Source: Geosiphon pyriformis uo1 (Eukaryota > Fungi > Glomeromycota). Taken from it: a stretch of 64,000 nt of DNA. Location: the NCBI GenBank assembly GCA_016748015.1, contig JAAOMT010000039.1:22426-86425 (forward strand), given 5' to 3'. Made by a program: the position numbers and the translations under genes. The notes under the pieces are model-generated. The model worked only from the letters and a program-made list of their open reading frames with translations, was not told the origin of the DNA and made no database searches. Shown piece by piece: positions 13,657 through 26,449 of the stretch; the first letter of the stretch is position 1, and every line of letters begins with the position of its first letter.

Positions 13657-14966
13657 CTAAGTTTCATGTTTTCTAATTTGAAAAACTTCATACTCCTCGA
13701 CAAGGAAGTTTACTTGTTCATTTTCTGAATTAGGCATTATCGCGTGCTCATAACATGTATCCTTTCCACAAGAGCATCCAGGCTTATTTTGAAAATCTTC
13801 ACTTTTCATTACAATACTAACCTCGCCAAATTTGGGTCCACCATTTCGGGCTATCAAAAGATCCATCCTCGGAAATAGATTTGCTAAATTTAGCATTTTC
13901 AGCTTTGCCATCTCCAAGGAAAAAAATAAAACTTCCTTTTCCATCCAACCAATCAACCCTAGAGTTCCACGATTGTGGGCTATAGCCGCCAATTAGCTGA
14001 CCAGTTCTTTCACTTTTATTATACTTATTGTTGCTCCTTTATTATCGCATAATCGATGAAAATCCGTTGGAATGAATCCGTTTCGACTGCCTTGAAGTAA
14101 CAATTTAAAATCATTTCTAAGCTGATCTTCAAAAGGAGTATTTTCGTCTTTGTCTTGAAATCTACATTATGCAATTGAAAAAGCATCGATTGAATATTTA
14201 TTCGAAAACGAAATGGCTGAGCGTCTACCGACATTTGACGACTCCCCGGTACCAAATAATGTTGTAAAAGATCCTCATATAAAGTTCCGGGTAAGGTTTT
14301 TTCAAATGGTTTTACTTTGTAGTAGAAGTCAACGGAAGATATATGAAAGAACCGGATTCTCCTTAAAGGCTTCAAAGTTATCATCCGTCCAGTTAGAGAT
14401 TTCTTTTATATCAATCTTTTTAGCCAATTTAGCAGCTCTCATTCCACAACCTTTTCCCATATTTCAGCTTCTTGCAAATCAAAGAGATCTCTTTGTAAAA
14501 ATGAAACTAAAGCACATTGATCAAGTGAAGTGAAATCTTGAGAGTTGAAGACCGCAACTGAATTTCTAACAGCTATTTTGGCAAAGAAATCCTGTAGCTT
14601 TTTAAAGGAGGGATACTTGTATGATGTTTCACGTAAAGTGAGAAAATTTTCTTTCAACTCTTTTGCATGGTGTTCAATTAAGTAGTCTTCAAGGTGGTTA
14701 ATGAGGTTTTCCAAAATGAGCTCTTCAGCGGCAACAATTAATTCTAAAATTTTAGACACTCCGTATTCGTCAAGATTTATTTCACCACTATACTAGAGAG
14801 AGCAGCGGCAAAATACGAGGATCTTGTTGCTAAGACCAACCCATGAGCATGAAAAGTTATCGTATTAGGTCCATCACCAGCGATAATTCTAACATCAGAA
14901 CATTTTTGGTTTAAATAGGCTCCCAAAATCACGAGACAAATCGTGGAGGAGTTGTTGGGGCGCCAT
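13657..14966 (-). pseudogene. BTB-BACK-TLDc pseudogene (copy C)
   Basis: ATG at 14966 (MAPQQLLHDLS). A deletion at about 14793 removes the end of exon 1 and the intron. Several further frameshifting deletions; ends EYEVFQIRKHET*. Confidence 0.88.
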
Positions 14967-16051
14967 GAATGTTCAGAAAGCAGTAGCTGAAAGGTTCACT
15001 TGCTTATGTCTACCTTGTGAATCGCGTGTAGCAGAATCTATGGCATAATTGATTATCAGAGAAATCTAGAAATATCGAGTTATGTAATAAGAGTGTCAAA
15101 TCGATGTTAAATTTCATTTTGACAATATAAAGCCAATACTCAAGTTTCATTATACATGTACAATAAATTCTAGTATAAGTGGCATTTTTTTAAGAATGTG
15201 CAGTAGCTATTGGGAGCTAGAAAATCAAAAAAATGGTCAAACAGCGCTGAAGAATGTTTATGTCCTGTGTGCATTATATTTTACAATCCAAAAATTTCTC
15301 GAATTCTTATCATATGAAATGCTATTTAATATTTAATCCTAGAGGAAAATTATCAGATTCATTGAAAAATCAATTTTCAATTGATATCTGTAAGCATATT
15401 TTTGTTTCTATTCGCAAAAGGGTAAACTATTGTTGGAGAAAGTTTTGGAAACTTATCAAAGAAGAATTTCATATGCTTGTGATTAAGGATTCTAATAAAT
15501 TTATGATATATTTTCCCAGAAAATTTTCTGCATTAAGAATTCCGCATGGTATGGCCTTTCACACCATGAAGAAATTTAAGTATTATACGAAAAATTTCTT
15601 TCGAACCCACGGAAAATTCTTAAAATTGAAGACTTCCACCCCAAAATATTTTCTTCATTTCAAAAATTGGGTAAAAGGCTTTTCTTTCGCATATTTTAGC
15701 TCTGTATAAATTTTCATGATTATAACCCTCATTCTTTAGCAATCAAATTTTCACAGAGGTTTAGTATGATATGAAAAATTATAAACTTATTCTTATTTAA
15801 ATCCCACTTAGAATCCCCTATATTAGAAATCCATTATCTACGTCAACTCAAAATCAGAACCTTGTTGACGACTGATAAGCGAAAAGATTTATGATTTGGA
15901 AGATTGAATGTATATAACAAATCTTAGAAGCAGATAAGGAATTTAAGAATAGAATTTTTTTGACCGAATTTATCACAACTAACGATATTCCTCTAATATT
16001 AAAATTATGGATCACTAAAATTTCCTGGCTCCTAAACTCTCAACCTCTCAA

Positions 16052-16994
16052 TCATCCTAACAAAGGAGCCGACTCGCCTCGTCGACCACGAATCCAACCC
16101 TTCAGGAAAGGCGTAAAGGAATATATTAAGGTCACCAAACTTAACCAGAAAGCAGTGATCCTAAACCCATCATAATCCTGTTTGACGGAAATTCCATACA
16201 ACACATATGCAAGGACCAAAGAGCCAACAATATCTCCCTTTCCAGCAACGTCGATATAACTTAGCGCAGTGAATTCGATAAAAATCAATGCCCCTGCTAC
16301 AACCACACGGACCCAAATGGCTGGTTCTTGGCCTCTAACAGCATCTGGAATGAACGCGGCAAAGAAAGAAATGAGGAGAGATTCGATTACCCAAGCGTGA
16401 TAGACTGAAAAGGGAGCATGGATGAATATTTTATCAGCCAGATTTTCTGCTGGGTATTCATTTCTGATGTTGTAATAAGCGTAGGAAACTTGGAGAGTAA
16501 GAACGAGAAGGAACAAGAAGGCGATGATAGTATTGCCTTGTGAAAAAGCGATGAGAGCACCAGAACTGAAAAGTGTGATGCCGATAAAATGAAATTTCAC
16601 TCCATCTACCACAGTATTTTCTGCCGACTCAAAGAATTGATAAATTATTAAACCACCGAAAAGGATGCTTGTTAAAATAGAAAGTGTGTAAAATACGAAT
16701 GGAGCTGGGGTAATGTAGGTAAGTGGATTATAATCTTCTTCATCTCTCTGTAACATGGTTGAAGAAAACGACTGGATTAGTTATTTGAATATTCATTTGC
16801 AAATAGACCTTTTCTACCTCAATAGTTAAAAAAATAAAAGTTTTCAAAGTAATAAAAAATTATGATTTTCCTAAAGAGAATTCTTTCTGTATTCCTACCG
16901 GCCATAAACCAAAATATGCATGAAAATGAACAACAAGGTATATAACATAGCTCAACACATTTGCGATTTGCAATAGACGAAGTTGATTTGCCAT
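16052..16994 (-). CDS. Multi-pass membrane protein (271 aa), TspO-like/DUF1774-like fungal family
   Basis: Exon 1 16994-16899 (MANQLRLLQIANVLSYVIYLVVHFHAYFGLWP), a GT-AG intron, then exon 2 16771-16052. About 8 hydrophobic segments, TYITPAPF and FIHAPFSVYHAW motifs, C-terminal ESAPLL. The family label comes from motif recall only. Confidence 0.8.
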
Positions 16995-17639
16995 CTTGCC
17001 AATGTCTTGCTTTCTTCAACAAAGGTAAATCGTGAGAATTTATATCAAGAACACAAAAGGTAGAAGAGGAGGTGAAAAGAATCCCCGTTGATCTTTCTTA
17101 TGATCTTAAATATTCAGTCAGGATACCATCATTGTTGTTAGTTTAAGACGTACACACCTATATACGGCTTGCATATTCGAGTATTGAGATTGCTAGTGAA
17201 AACGGGTTTTAACAGGTAATTAGTTGATTGTGATTAATTTCTTTATCGGTGTGTTAGATTGGCGGAACTTCCTAGAGATGGAAATGATATGATTGTCAAT
17301 TTTTAATTTTTTCATGCAAAAAGCCCTAAATGAACTCAAAAACCAGCCTTTATTTATTACAAAGAGTTGGACAAGTACTTTGGGGAAAAGTTTCAAATTG
17401 CATTTATGATAAAATAAAAGTAATTGGTCCAGAAGCATGTTAACGAGAAGAGCTCCTAAGGCAACAATGATATTTGGATCATACCAGCCCCCGAGAATAG
17501 AAAGTGGCTCAGAAAAGTCATCGTGCCACCCGAGAAAATTTAGATATCACGAGATAAAAAATAAAATCTTTCGTTAAAGATCTATTTTTGTACGATAATT
17601 GTGCCATTATTTTGATTCTAATTCAGACACTTCAGTTTG

Positions 17640-18260
17640 CGAGTAATTCTGCCAATATCACATGATTTTGAAGATAGTCTTGGGTTTGATTTCAGACAAA
17701 TTTACGTAGAAGCTTTTTCTCTCTATTTCTCTGTCTTATCTCATTACTAAACTTTCCAACGATCTAGGATGAAAGATGTGAAGCATTGAGCTGTTGTATC
17801 TGAGGACATGAGTTCAGCATTATTCATCCCAAAAAAAGTATTCTCAGTAGGTGATGAACCAGATGATGACTCTCTAGAATCACTCGTTTGGGCCTGGAGA
17901 GTTCTTAGTAAGGAGGGATGTGAAAGCATGTTTCAGAGAAAGTACATACTGTGTATTAGTAACACTTTGATTTCACTCTTCTCAATAACTTGTTTTTACT
18001 TTGTATTGTCGATTAATTTTGTATTTTCAGCCTCAAGTTCGAAAACTCGAATAATTTCCCATACGTCTCTACCGCGACTGTATTGTGGCGTTCGCTTTTT
18101 ACATATAATTATAGAAACAACTTGGAGTCTGAATTTACGTATCGTGAAAATTATGTATTGCTACGCAGGAATTTTTTTTGCTAATTTATTAAACTACGGG
18201 TCAGGAAGAGGATCTTCTATCTTCAAATCCCGTTAAGCATGTGTCAAATCTGAAAGAATC
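17640..18260 (-). pseudogene. Possible decayed gene of unknown family
   Basis: Coding-like composition; broken frames include IIRVFELEAENTKL (coiled-coil-like) and a Ser-rich stretch, with multiple stops. Confidence 0.25.
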
Positions 18261-19269
18261 GATACCTTCATTGGAGATATTCAAGAGATTGAATGAAAAA
18301 CATTATCTTTTATTGTTTAGTGACTTATGCAATTAAATAACTTAATACTTATCTTGTATTATTTCATCTTTGGGCAAAATGCCCATACTACCAAGCGGTG
18401 AACACGATGTCTTTTTTGATTCTAAGGTATTCTGCATCTAGAGATCCTCGAGAAATTAAACTATTGGGAAACTGAACCCTCCCTAAAGAAGAAACTCTAA
18501 ATTAATCATTGAAATCTTTTTCTATGCAATCTTCATAATACATCCAACACACTCCACAACATTTTGAAATACTGCTCCCATTAATTTTAAGGCTCTCGCT
18601 CACGTGAATGATGGAATCCCACATTCGAACACAATTACAGTCTAATTCCTTTTGTACAATTTTTTGAGACCTAGAATGAATAGTGTTTAGGAATACCTTA
18701 CGTCCAGCGTTTTCTTCTGGAGTTACAAATTCCAAATTAATTCCCGATTATCATCTTTAGTGTCATTTATGTGGTTAACATAAGGCCTATTTTCTGAAGG
18801 TTGGCATAATTAAAATATGAACACCAATTTTGGTACAAATACCATTAATTTTAAACTTCGTTCGTATATAGCCACTCTTTTTGCAGGCACTTAGTCTAAA
18901 AAATTCACCTTTATTGTTCTTAATACGTCTGAATACGATCTTCCATTATAACTCTGTTATTTATAGTAACCTCATTTTTTAAATTCGCCATTCGGATTAC
19001 TATTAAAATATTTTGCTCTAGGTATTATATGAAGACATTGCAAGGATGCATGGAAGAAATTATTGACCAAAGTCTCCCAAGTGCCACAATTAGAAAAATC
19101 ACCAATCAAATTTATATCCTAAAGATACAGAAAATTGACAATATTAATTAAACCTAATTATCATTTTAAGACAAATGGTGCAACTATTCTTGTCAACTAT
19201 TTCAATTAAAAAAAATTCCATTTAACCTTTGCCGGCATAACTTCTATCTTGTTAAAGGACACTCGAATT

Positions 19270-20757
19270 CTATTTCCTAAGTATTTGAAAAACTTCATAC
19301 TCATGGACGAAGAATTTCACCTCCTCATCTTCTGATCCAGGCATTATAACGTGCTGATAGGATGAATCCTTTTTACAAGAGCATCCTGGACTTTTTTGAA
19401 AATCATTACAACGAAATTGAATACTATGATCACCAAAATTGGGACCATATCTTAAACTACCGTAAGGTCCACGTCCCCAACAAATTTGCTAAGTTCAGCA
19501 TTTTCAACTTTTCCATCGCCAAAAGAAAAAAGAAAACTTCCTTTTCCATCTATCCAACTGTCACGAGAATGCCAAAATTCTGGGTTATACCCTCCAATCA
19601 GTTGACCAGTTCCTTTCACTTTGATTATGGTAACTGTTGCTCCTTTGTTATCACATAACTGATGAAAATCGGCTGGAGTCAATCCGTCCTGACTGCCTCG
19701 AAGTAACAAATTAAAATCATATCCAAGTTGGCTTTCAAAAGGAGTGTTTTTGGCTCTGCGCTGAATCCAGTGATCAAGCTGTCTTACATGGTTTATTCGA
19801 AGAAGCGCTGATGGAACACGTAATGGCTGAGCATCTTCTAAGTTTTGATGACTCCCCGGTACTAGATAATGGTGTAAAAGATCTTCATATAAAGTTCCGG
19901 GTAAAATTTTTGCAAATGGTTTTACTTTGTAGTAGAAGTCAACAGAAGATATATGAAAGAACCGGGATTAAAGATAGCAGTTCTCCAATAGATTCCTTAA
20001 AGCCGTCAATGTTTTCATCGGTCCAGTTAAGAACATCTTCTATCTGAATGTTGTTTCCCAATGTGTCAACTCCCCATTCCATAATTTTTTCCCATATTTC
20101 TGATTCTTTCATATTAAGGTCATCCCGGGCTAAAATAGAGGTAAGAACATTTTGATCGAGGGAGGTGAAATCTTGTGAGTTGAAGATTACAGCTGGATTA
20201 ATAGCAGCTATTTCGGTAAAGAAAGCTTGTAGCTTTTTAAAGGAGGGATGCTTATATGATGTCTCATGTGAAGTGAGAAAATTTTCTTTCAACTCTTCTT
20301 CATGTTGTTTAATTAGATAGTCTTCAAGGTGGCTAATTAGATCTTCCAAAATAAGCTCTTCAGCAGCAACAAGTAATTCTAGAATTATAGGCACTCCGTA
20401 TTCGTCAAGTTCTATTTCACCATTGTATATGTATCTAGACAAAAATCAAAAAATATTAAATAGTAGAAATAAAATGAATAAATATATCCTAAGCAAACTA
20501 AACTCACCGAAGTATCACCTCAAAATTTCGGGTGAAATATTAGGTATAGAAAAGATGATGGTATTTTCTTTTTCAATATAGTTACTAGACAGGGATGTAG
20601 CAAAATACGAGGACCTTGTTGCTAAGATCAACAAATGAGCATGAAAAGTTTTGGTATTAGGTCCATCGCCAACGACAATTCTAACTGAGGCTATTTGATT
20701 ATTCAATATGCTCCCGAAATCATAACACAAAGCCTGTAAGAGTTGCTGGGACGCCAT
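19270..20757 (-). pseudogene. BTB-BACK-TLDc gene (copy D) with three frameshifts
   Basis: Full-length homology from MASQQLL to EYEVFQILRK*, with the conserved intron (20507-20435). Frameshifts lie in short homopolymers at about 20522, 19963 and 19476. Confidence 0.85.
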
Positions 20758-20959
20758 GAATGTCTAGAAAGCACAATTTCTAGGCTTTTATAATTCAAAA
20801 TAGCCCACTTGTTTATGTTTACCTTGGGAAAAGATCTGTGAGTCATCGGTAGTGGAATATATGGCGCAGTCTCTTATCTGGTAATATGCATTGATCATTA
20901 CAGTTAAAGACATTTCTTCTATTAAGGATTAACATTCAAATCGTTTCGTTTAAAATATA

Positions 20960-22218
20960 CAGTCTGGTAAGAAAAAAATTGGAAATATAAAAATAATTAC
21001 TATGTCTTAACTAATGTACCAAATTACATAAAACAACTTTTATCAGAAAGTCAAATACCATATAATTTTATTAAAAAAAATTAATAGGAAATTCTTTCAC
21101 CATTTGTCTTAATTATCATTTCACAACACCGCCTCATTGATCCTACTAAACTAATTAAGGTAGATTCAGGAATATCTTGTCACTCTTCCCCCATAAATCT
21201 CTCTAATTCACTACGATTTTGAGGCATTCTTTTTTCTACATTCTTTTTAACAATAACCCAAAGTTTTTCTATTGGGTTTAAGTCGAGACTATTAGATGGC
21301 CACCCCAACAAATCAGTTGTATTCTCTGCAATAAACTCTTTGGCAAGCTTGCTAGTATGCTTGGGGTTATTATCTTGTAGGAATCGCCAATTATCCCCCA
21401 GCATTGCTCTAATTTCAGGTAAGTGGTTATGAAGAATATCTATATAAAATTGAGCATTCATTATTTAAACAAAACAGAATACACTAGTCTTTCCTTTTTC
21501 GTAGAAACCCCCCCCCCCCCCATGCGAGAATTTTTGTTCGATCTTTAAGCATAGGACGAATTGGTCGAGTACCTTTATGCCAACATTTTACCGTGTTTTG
21601 AAAAAGTTGAAAAGATGTTTCGTCAGTAAAAACTGTTCTTTTCAATCGTCGTTCAAGTGTTTTTTATAATTAAGGTTGGATAAATGGTTTTGAATAGTAA
21701 CATAAAAAACATTTATTCCCTTCTTAGCCAACTTTATTGCTAAATATCTAGACAAATCTGAGGAATCTCTACGAATAATTTGCCCTAATACTTTCAAAGA
21801 ATTTCCAATAATTTTTCTTGGCCGACCATTACCACTCGCATGCTTTATTGTTCCTTTTTTTTGAGTTTTTTGAGGATATTATAGATTGTAGAAAGGGGTA
21901 TATTTGTTTTATTCTGTATTTCTTTCACCTTTCATATTTCTTGCTTCCAAAAATGTAATACGACTTGCCATTGCATTTTTTGCTTTGAAGTCGACATTTC
22001 AAAGACAAGTTTTAAAAAAAACTATTAGTTAATATGTGAGAAAATGTTTTTAGAGCTCAGCCACTTACCTAATATTCTGTTTCCATTTTTACCGTCACAA
22101 AACTTACCAAAAATGGTTAAATCAAACGCAATCTTAGTAGATTCATATTTTTCCAAACACAAATCGCTTTATAATATTAATATTTGTTTCAAGAGTAATT
22201 AATTTACACAACAGACTG
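20960..22218 (-). mobile_element. Degraded Tc1 (DD34E) transposon
   Basis: TA-CAGTCTG...CAGACTG-TA ends. Broken transposase from MSTSKQK...LHFWKQ (about 21978) to LQDNNPKHTSK...WPSNSLDLNPIEKLW, with 34 residues between the second D and the E. Confidence 0.85.
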
Positions 22219-23104
22219 TATGATATTAAAAGATAACTTTTTTTATATAAACAAAATTAAAGTGGTTGATTTTAAAAGAGCACCTTAACAATACTTGACA
22301 AGAGTAAGCCAAATAGATAGTTTTCGAAAAAAGTCATAACTTTAGCATATATCTATAAATTTTATTATAATGATAATTATTTACTAAAAAATAAAAGTAA
22401 TTCGGCCTATGATATAAATCAACATTGTGTTGCTGAATATGACTTATATATAGTGTAATAAAAATCGTTAAGTGTTTTTATGGATTAAATATATAAGCTG
22501 ATAATAAATTTATGAACATTTAACAATTTTAAAAAATATGTGATTTCGAATGAATAAATTTTAGAAATTTATATACCATTAAATTAAATATCCAATATTA
22601 AATTTATAAAAATCAAGTAATTGACAATTGAGGGCCAACAATTTATACGTACCTCCTTATCAGATGACCGTCAGATTTTTAAATGAACCCCTAACAGTTT
22701 AAGCAAAGATTCTTAAATGGTCCTGTTTACCTACAAATAGTTCCTTTGGCCATGTAGTTTAAAACTTGGTGCATCTAATCTTGATCAGAAAGATATAATT
22801 GAAAATGATCCTTTTAACGAGGTTAAGTTTTTGATACTACTAAAGGCGATTCAATACAAAACAGGTTTTGAATTTTTGTGCAAAAAAATTTACACAGGAA
22901 AAAATTGCCAACTAAATTTAGAACAGCTCCAATTATAAAATGCCGTTTAAAAGATATCAACTGAACTATAAATCTACTAATTTATCTGGTTTGCAAGCCT
23001 TAAATATTTACAAGATCTGAAATCAAAAATTTAACATTTCCGGATTATTTTTATATTCGCTGCCTATATTTAGGAAGATAGTTACCTTAACCTTCATACT
23101 ATTT

Positions 23105-24871
23105 TCAACTACGACTCGGTGACCTTGACGGTTTACTATTGCGTCGTTCGGCTGATCGTCCACGAGGGGGAGGTTCAAGGGCTAAAGGATTGTAAGATGT
23201 CTGATGTTGTGGTGATGAAGCGTGGTATAATGACATCGGATCAACATGACTTTGTTGAGCTGGAATAATAGGGGGGTATGATTCGGGACCTTGTAATTCG
23301 GCACCTTGCTGGTATCGTGGATATGATGGTGAGTAAAAACTTGGTTGAGATGGATATGAATCTGTTGTGGCGGTCGGGTAGGGTGGATATGGTTGTTCTT
23401 GAGGATAAAGTTGTTGGTATGATTGTGGTTGCGGAATTGGAAATGCTTGTTGGAATTGTTGAGAAGATGAATTTTGATGTTGCCATTGTTGCGGTGATTC
23501 TTGGTATAATTCTTGCATTTGTGGCTGTTCCACTCGATGATGTGATTGTTGGATTGGCTGTTGTTGAGATTGCTGCTCAGGGTTTGAGTTTACTGAGGAG
23601 GGTCTAGTTCGTGGTCCACTAACAGCACCACTACCACTACCCTCAGACGAAAGTGAGTTTCCACGGCTTCGACCTTCAACTGATGGGGAAGGAGATTCAC
23701 CACCTCTCCCTTTACGTAGCATACTACGCCGAAGTGATCCGGTTCCTTCACCAACACGTGCAGGTGATGATTCACGATCTTTTCGATAGATGCTTCTTTT
23801 AAGAGTGGTTGGAGTACGTTTCAAGGGACGTTCTACTATAGGATTATGCTCGATTTCATTTCCACCTAGGTCGATTTGTGTCATCGAAGCTGCCGATTCT
23901 TGAACTGATTCAGTCGCATAAACGATACTATCGGTACTCTGATGATGTGAAACATTATCCAGACTTTCATGGTGAAGATCATATTCAGGGCTTGGCAAGT
24001 TTTGTTTAGATAATGTACTTTGTATCTGTGGTTGATGAGCGAGGATTCCACTTTCCATACTTTGATGATGTGAAATTGATTGTATCGGATTTTGATCTTC
24101 TGGAAATCCACTAACATAAGCGTCCAATTTGGAAATATCAATTTGTCCAAAGGGTCCTTTTGTAGGTGTTGGAATCAAAATTGAATCCCGATTTGACATA
24201 ATCTGTGCTCCGGTTGTATTTGTTTCAACATTCTCAGCATTAAAACTTGTAGTTTGGGCTACAAGAGAACCAGGTCGTGAGGATGGGCCTCGTGTTATAG
24301 TTGGGCTATTGGTCGAGCGGCTTGTCGTGGTAGCTGAACGGCTCGATGAATTACTATAGGGTAGTTGATGATACAAATTGTCACTCGATTGTTGTATGCC
24401 TAGGATATGATCCAAGGTTGCTGTAACATTTCCAGGTTTGGGGGGTTTTGATGAATTTCCCGCTGAGATTCGGTATCTACGAAGTCGATGACGTCTATAA
24501 CATCCAAATCCGAAGCTAACCACTAAAATCAAACCAATAATGCCAAGAACGATGCACACCAGATATGTAGCACCTGCTGATACGTTTTGTGTTGACTGAA
24601 CTGTATCTGAACCAGTTGGTGGGTTAACTGCGGTAACAGCAGTTTTAGATGAAGTTCCAGTTGGTTTTATCGTAGATGATGTGGAAGGCATGGCTGTAGT
24701 GGAAGGTTTTGTTAAATTTTTGGCGCCATTATTATCAACTGAGTTATCGGAATTAGGGACATCATTTTCGTCATTTGAACTTGAATTATCGTTATTGTTG
24801 TTACTATCAGAGCTTGATCCATTTGGAACACTATTGGGATTAAAATTTGAAGATAGTCGATTGGAACTCAT
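23105..24871 (-). CDS. Single-pass membrane protein with Ser/Thr/Asn-rich N-terminus and long disordered Q/P/S-rich tail (Mid2/Skg6-like architecture)
   Basis: 588-aa ORF; TM segment YLVCIVLGIIGLILVVSFGFGCY followed by basic RRHRLRR. No clear signal peptide; an upstream exon via the TAG acceptor at about 24891 is possible. Confidence 0.8.
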   Translation of the reverse strand: MSSNRLSSNFNPNSVPNGSSSDSNNNNDNSSSNDENDVPNSDNSVDNNGAKNLTKPSTTAMPSTSSTIKPTGTSSKTAVTAVNPPTGSDTVQSTQNVSAGATYLVCIVLGIIGLILVVSFGFGCYRRHRLRRYRISAGNSSKPPKPGNVTATLDHILGIQQSSDNLYHQLPYSNSSSRSATTTSRSTNSPTITRGPSSRPGSLVAQTTSFNAENVETNTTGAQIMSNRDSILIPTPTKGPFGQIDISKLDAYVSGFPEDQNPIQSISHHQSMESGILAHQPQIQSTLSKQNLPSPEYDLHHESLDNVSHHQSTDSIVYATESVQESAASMTQIDLGGNEIEHNPIVERPLKRTPTTLKRSIYRKDRESSPARVGEGTGSLRRSMLRKGRGGESPSPSVEGRSRGNSLSSEGSGSGAVSGPRTRPSSVNSNPEQQSQQQPIQQSHHRVEQPQMQELYQESPQQWQHQNSSSQQFQQAFPIPQPQSYQQLYPQEQPYPPYPTATTDSYPSQPSFYSPSYPRYQQGAELQGPESYPPIIPAQQSHVDPMSLYHASSPQHQTSYNPLALEPPPRGRSAERRNSKPSRSPSRS

Positions 24872-25729
24872 TGCTATAATGAGTATTCCTCTAAGAAAAA
24901 AGAGAAATTACCAAAAAATGGAAATTCTCAAGGCGAACGAAATAAAACCGTTCAAAAGTAAATATTAAAAATTTTCAATTGTAAAAATCTATGACCATAC
25001 AATTAAATGAAAAACCAATTCAAAAGCGTAGGTTTTCATAATTATGATACCACTGAAAGCCGCGTACTAAATTACGATTTATCAAAATTGTGAGCCTAAT
25101 ATAAGTAGCTAATTAAATCGAAATAACTCAAATAACAACGAAGAGAAAATGCATACGACAGCACACCTCTAAAGGGGACTCTATGGGATCTTTTTTAGCT
25201 TAAGTTGACAAAAAGACGAGGCTGTGTATAAAATTTCTTTGCCATATTTGCTTGTCAACACACGCGGTGCTTACTAGTTGTAAAGCCTCATATCTGGTTT
25301 GCATATTCTGAGTGGCAAGGTTTGTATGACAAATAGTGCTATTTATACAGGAAAGAGAATGATAAAATCGAGTTTCGTAATTTGATTTGGCTTGCAGGTA
25401 CGATATAATCGATATTTTTTGGACTATTTTCAAGCTTTAAATGCTAAATAAGGAAATTTTTTCACCTATAATACCGTTTCTCAGTTCATTAGATATTTCT
25501 TCTCTACTGTGATGAAATTTCCTACGTGTAAATTTGTATGGAAAAATTCGAAGGAAAAAGTGAGTCAATCAAGAGGTAAAAATTACTTTAGATAAAAAAA
25601 TTACAAGGAAAATATTTTATAAATTCTTTTTTTATTAATTTAAAGAAGGAAAATCAACATGAAATGAAGAAGAGAAATGTCTTACATCTACGCTAATATA
25701 ATTTACATATGAAGTTTGATTTTAAAATG

Positions 25730-26449
25730 TCACCCCTCAAACTCTGCATCAATTGGAGAACTAGGAGTTGGTGTCCCTTTTAAATGTGATGGGACAGGAA
25801 TATCCGATAAATCACGTCTTATACTTGGGGTTTTTACTTTTTTCCCGATTTTCACACCTTCTCCATTTTGTCCTTCTTTCTTCTCGGTTCGGTCGTCATT
25901 AGTATTTACTTTCTTGTTATTCCAGTTAGCTGGATCCCCTTGCTCGAATTCAAACTCGTCAGGACTTTCTGACTGTTCATCATTGTAGCTTTTTCCTGGG
26001 TAATATGGTTGAAAATCTCGACCTCCTGGTGATGATACTACAACATATGGTGGCGCTTTTTCGTCTGCTGAAGTTTCATCGATGATATTTAAAAATTTGA
26101 GAGATCTAGAGCGAGGTAATTTTATTGCTATTTTTGCTTTCTGTCTTTTGCTGCGTATGAAGATAACGCATAAGGCTAAAACGGTTATCAAGCTTATTGA
26201 TACTAAGATACAAACTCGGATGAAGTCCTGTGTGGTCACGGTGGGATTTTTTTCGGAGTTTCGTATTATTGTCGAGGTAGCAAAGATTGAAATTGATGAT
26301 GTTGAACTTGGGTTTGTAAAACTAGTTATTAATTCTTTGTCAATAACTACCTTTGACAAATTTGCATCCCCAATTATTAGCTTAACACCAAAGAATAAGA
26401 TCAAAACAAGCAGACTTCTCCACCGCTTTTTGCCTAGAAAACCCATCAT
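25730..26449 (-). CDS. Type I-like membrane protein (signal peptide plus one TM), unknown function
   Basis: 239-aa ORF: N-terminal hydrophobic stretch, short Ser/Thr-rich segment, TM VCILVSISLITVLALCVIFI, basic stop-transfer, and APPY in the tail. Confidence 0.7.
   Translation of the reverse strand: MMGFLGKKRWRSLLVLILFFGVKLIIGDANLSKVVIDKELITSFTNPSSTSSISIFATSTIIRNSEKNPTVTTQDFIRVCILVSISLITVLALCVIFIRSKRQKAKIAIKLPRSRSLKFLNIIDETSADEKAPPYVVVSSPGGRDFQPYYPGKSYNDEQSESPDEFEFEQGDPANWNNKKVNTNDDRTEKKEGQNGEGVKIGKKVKTPSIRRDLSDIPVPSHLKGTPTPSSPIDAEFEG

Noticed and set aside
14780-14810. Intron-less copy C as a retrocopy
   Set aside because: The junction also removes coding sequence from exon 1 and upstream non-coding homology is retained, so it is a genomic deletion rather than precise intron loss.
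15254-15709. 151-aa ORF
   Set aside because: AT-rich F/K/I-biased composition and no motifs; likely spurious.
16230-16262. YIDVAGKG resembles the DxxxK retinal-binding motif of microbial rhodopsins
   Set aside because: It lies in a loop followed by two more TM helices, and the helix-C RYxxW motif is absent.
16819-17022. 67-aa ORF as exon 1 of the membrane protein
   Set aside because: Wrong frame; the exon starting at ATG 16994 splices in frame instead.
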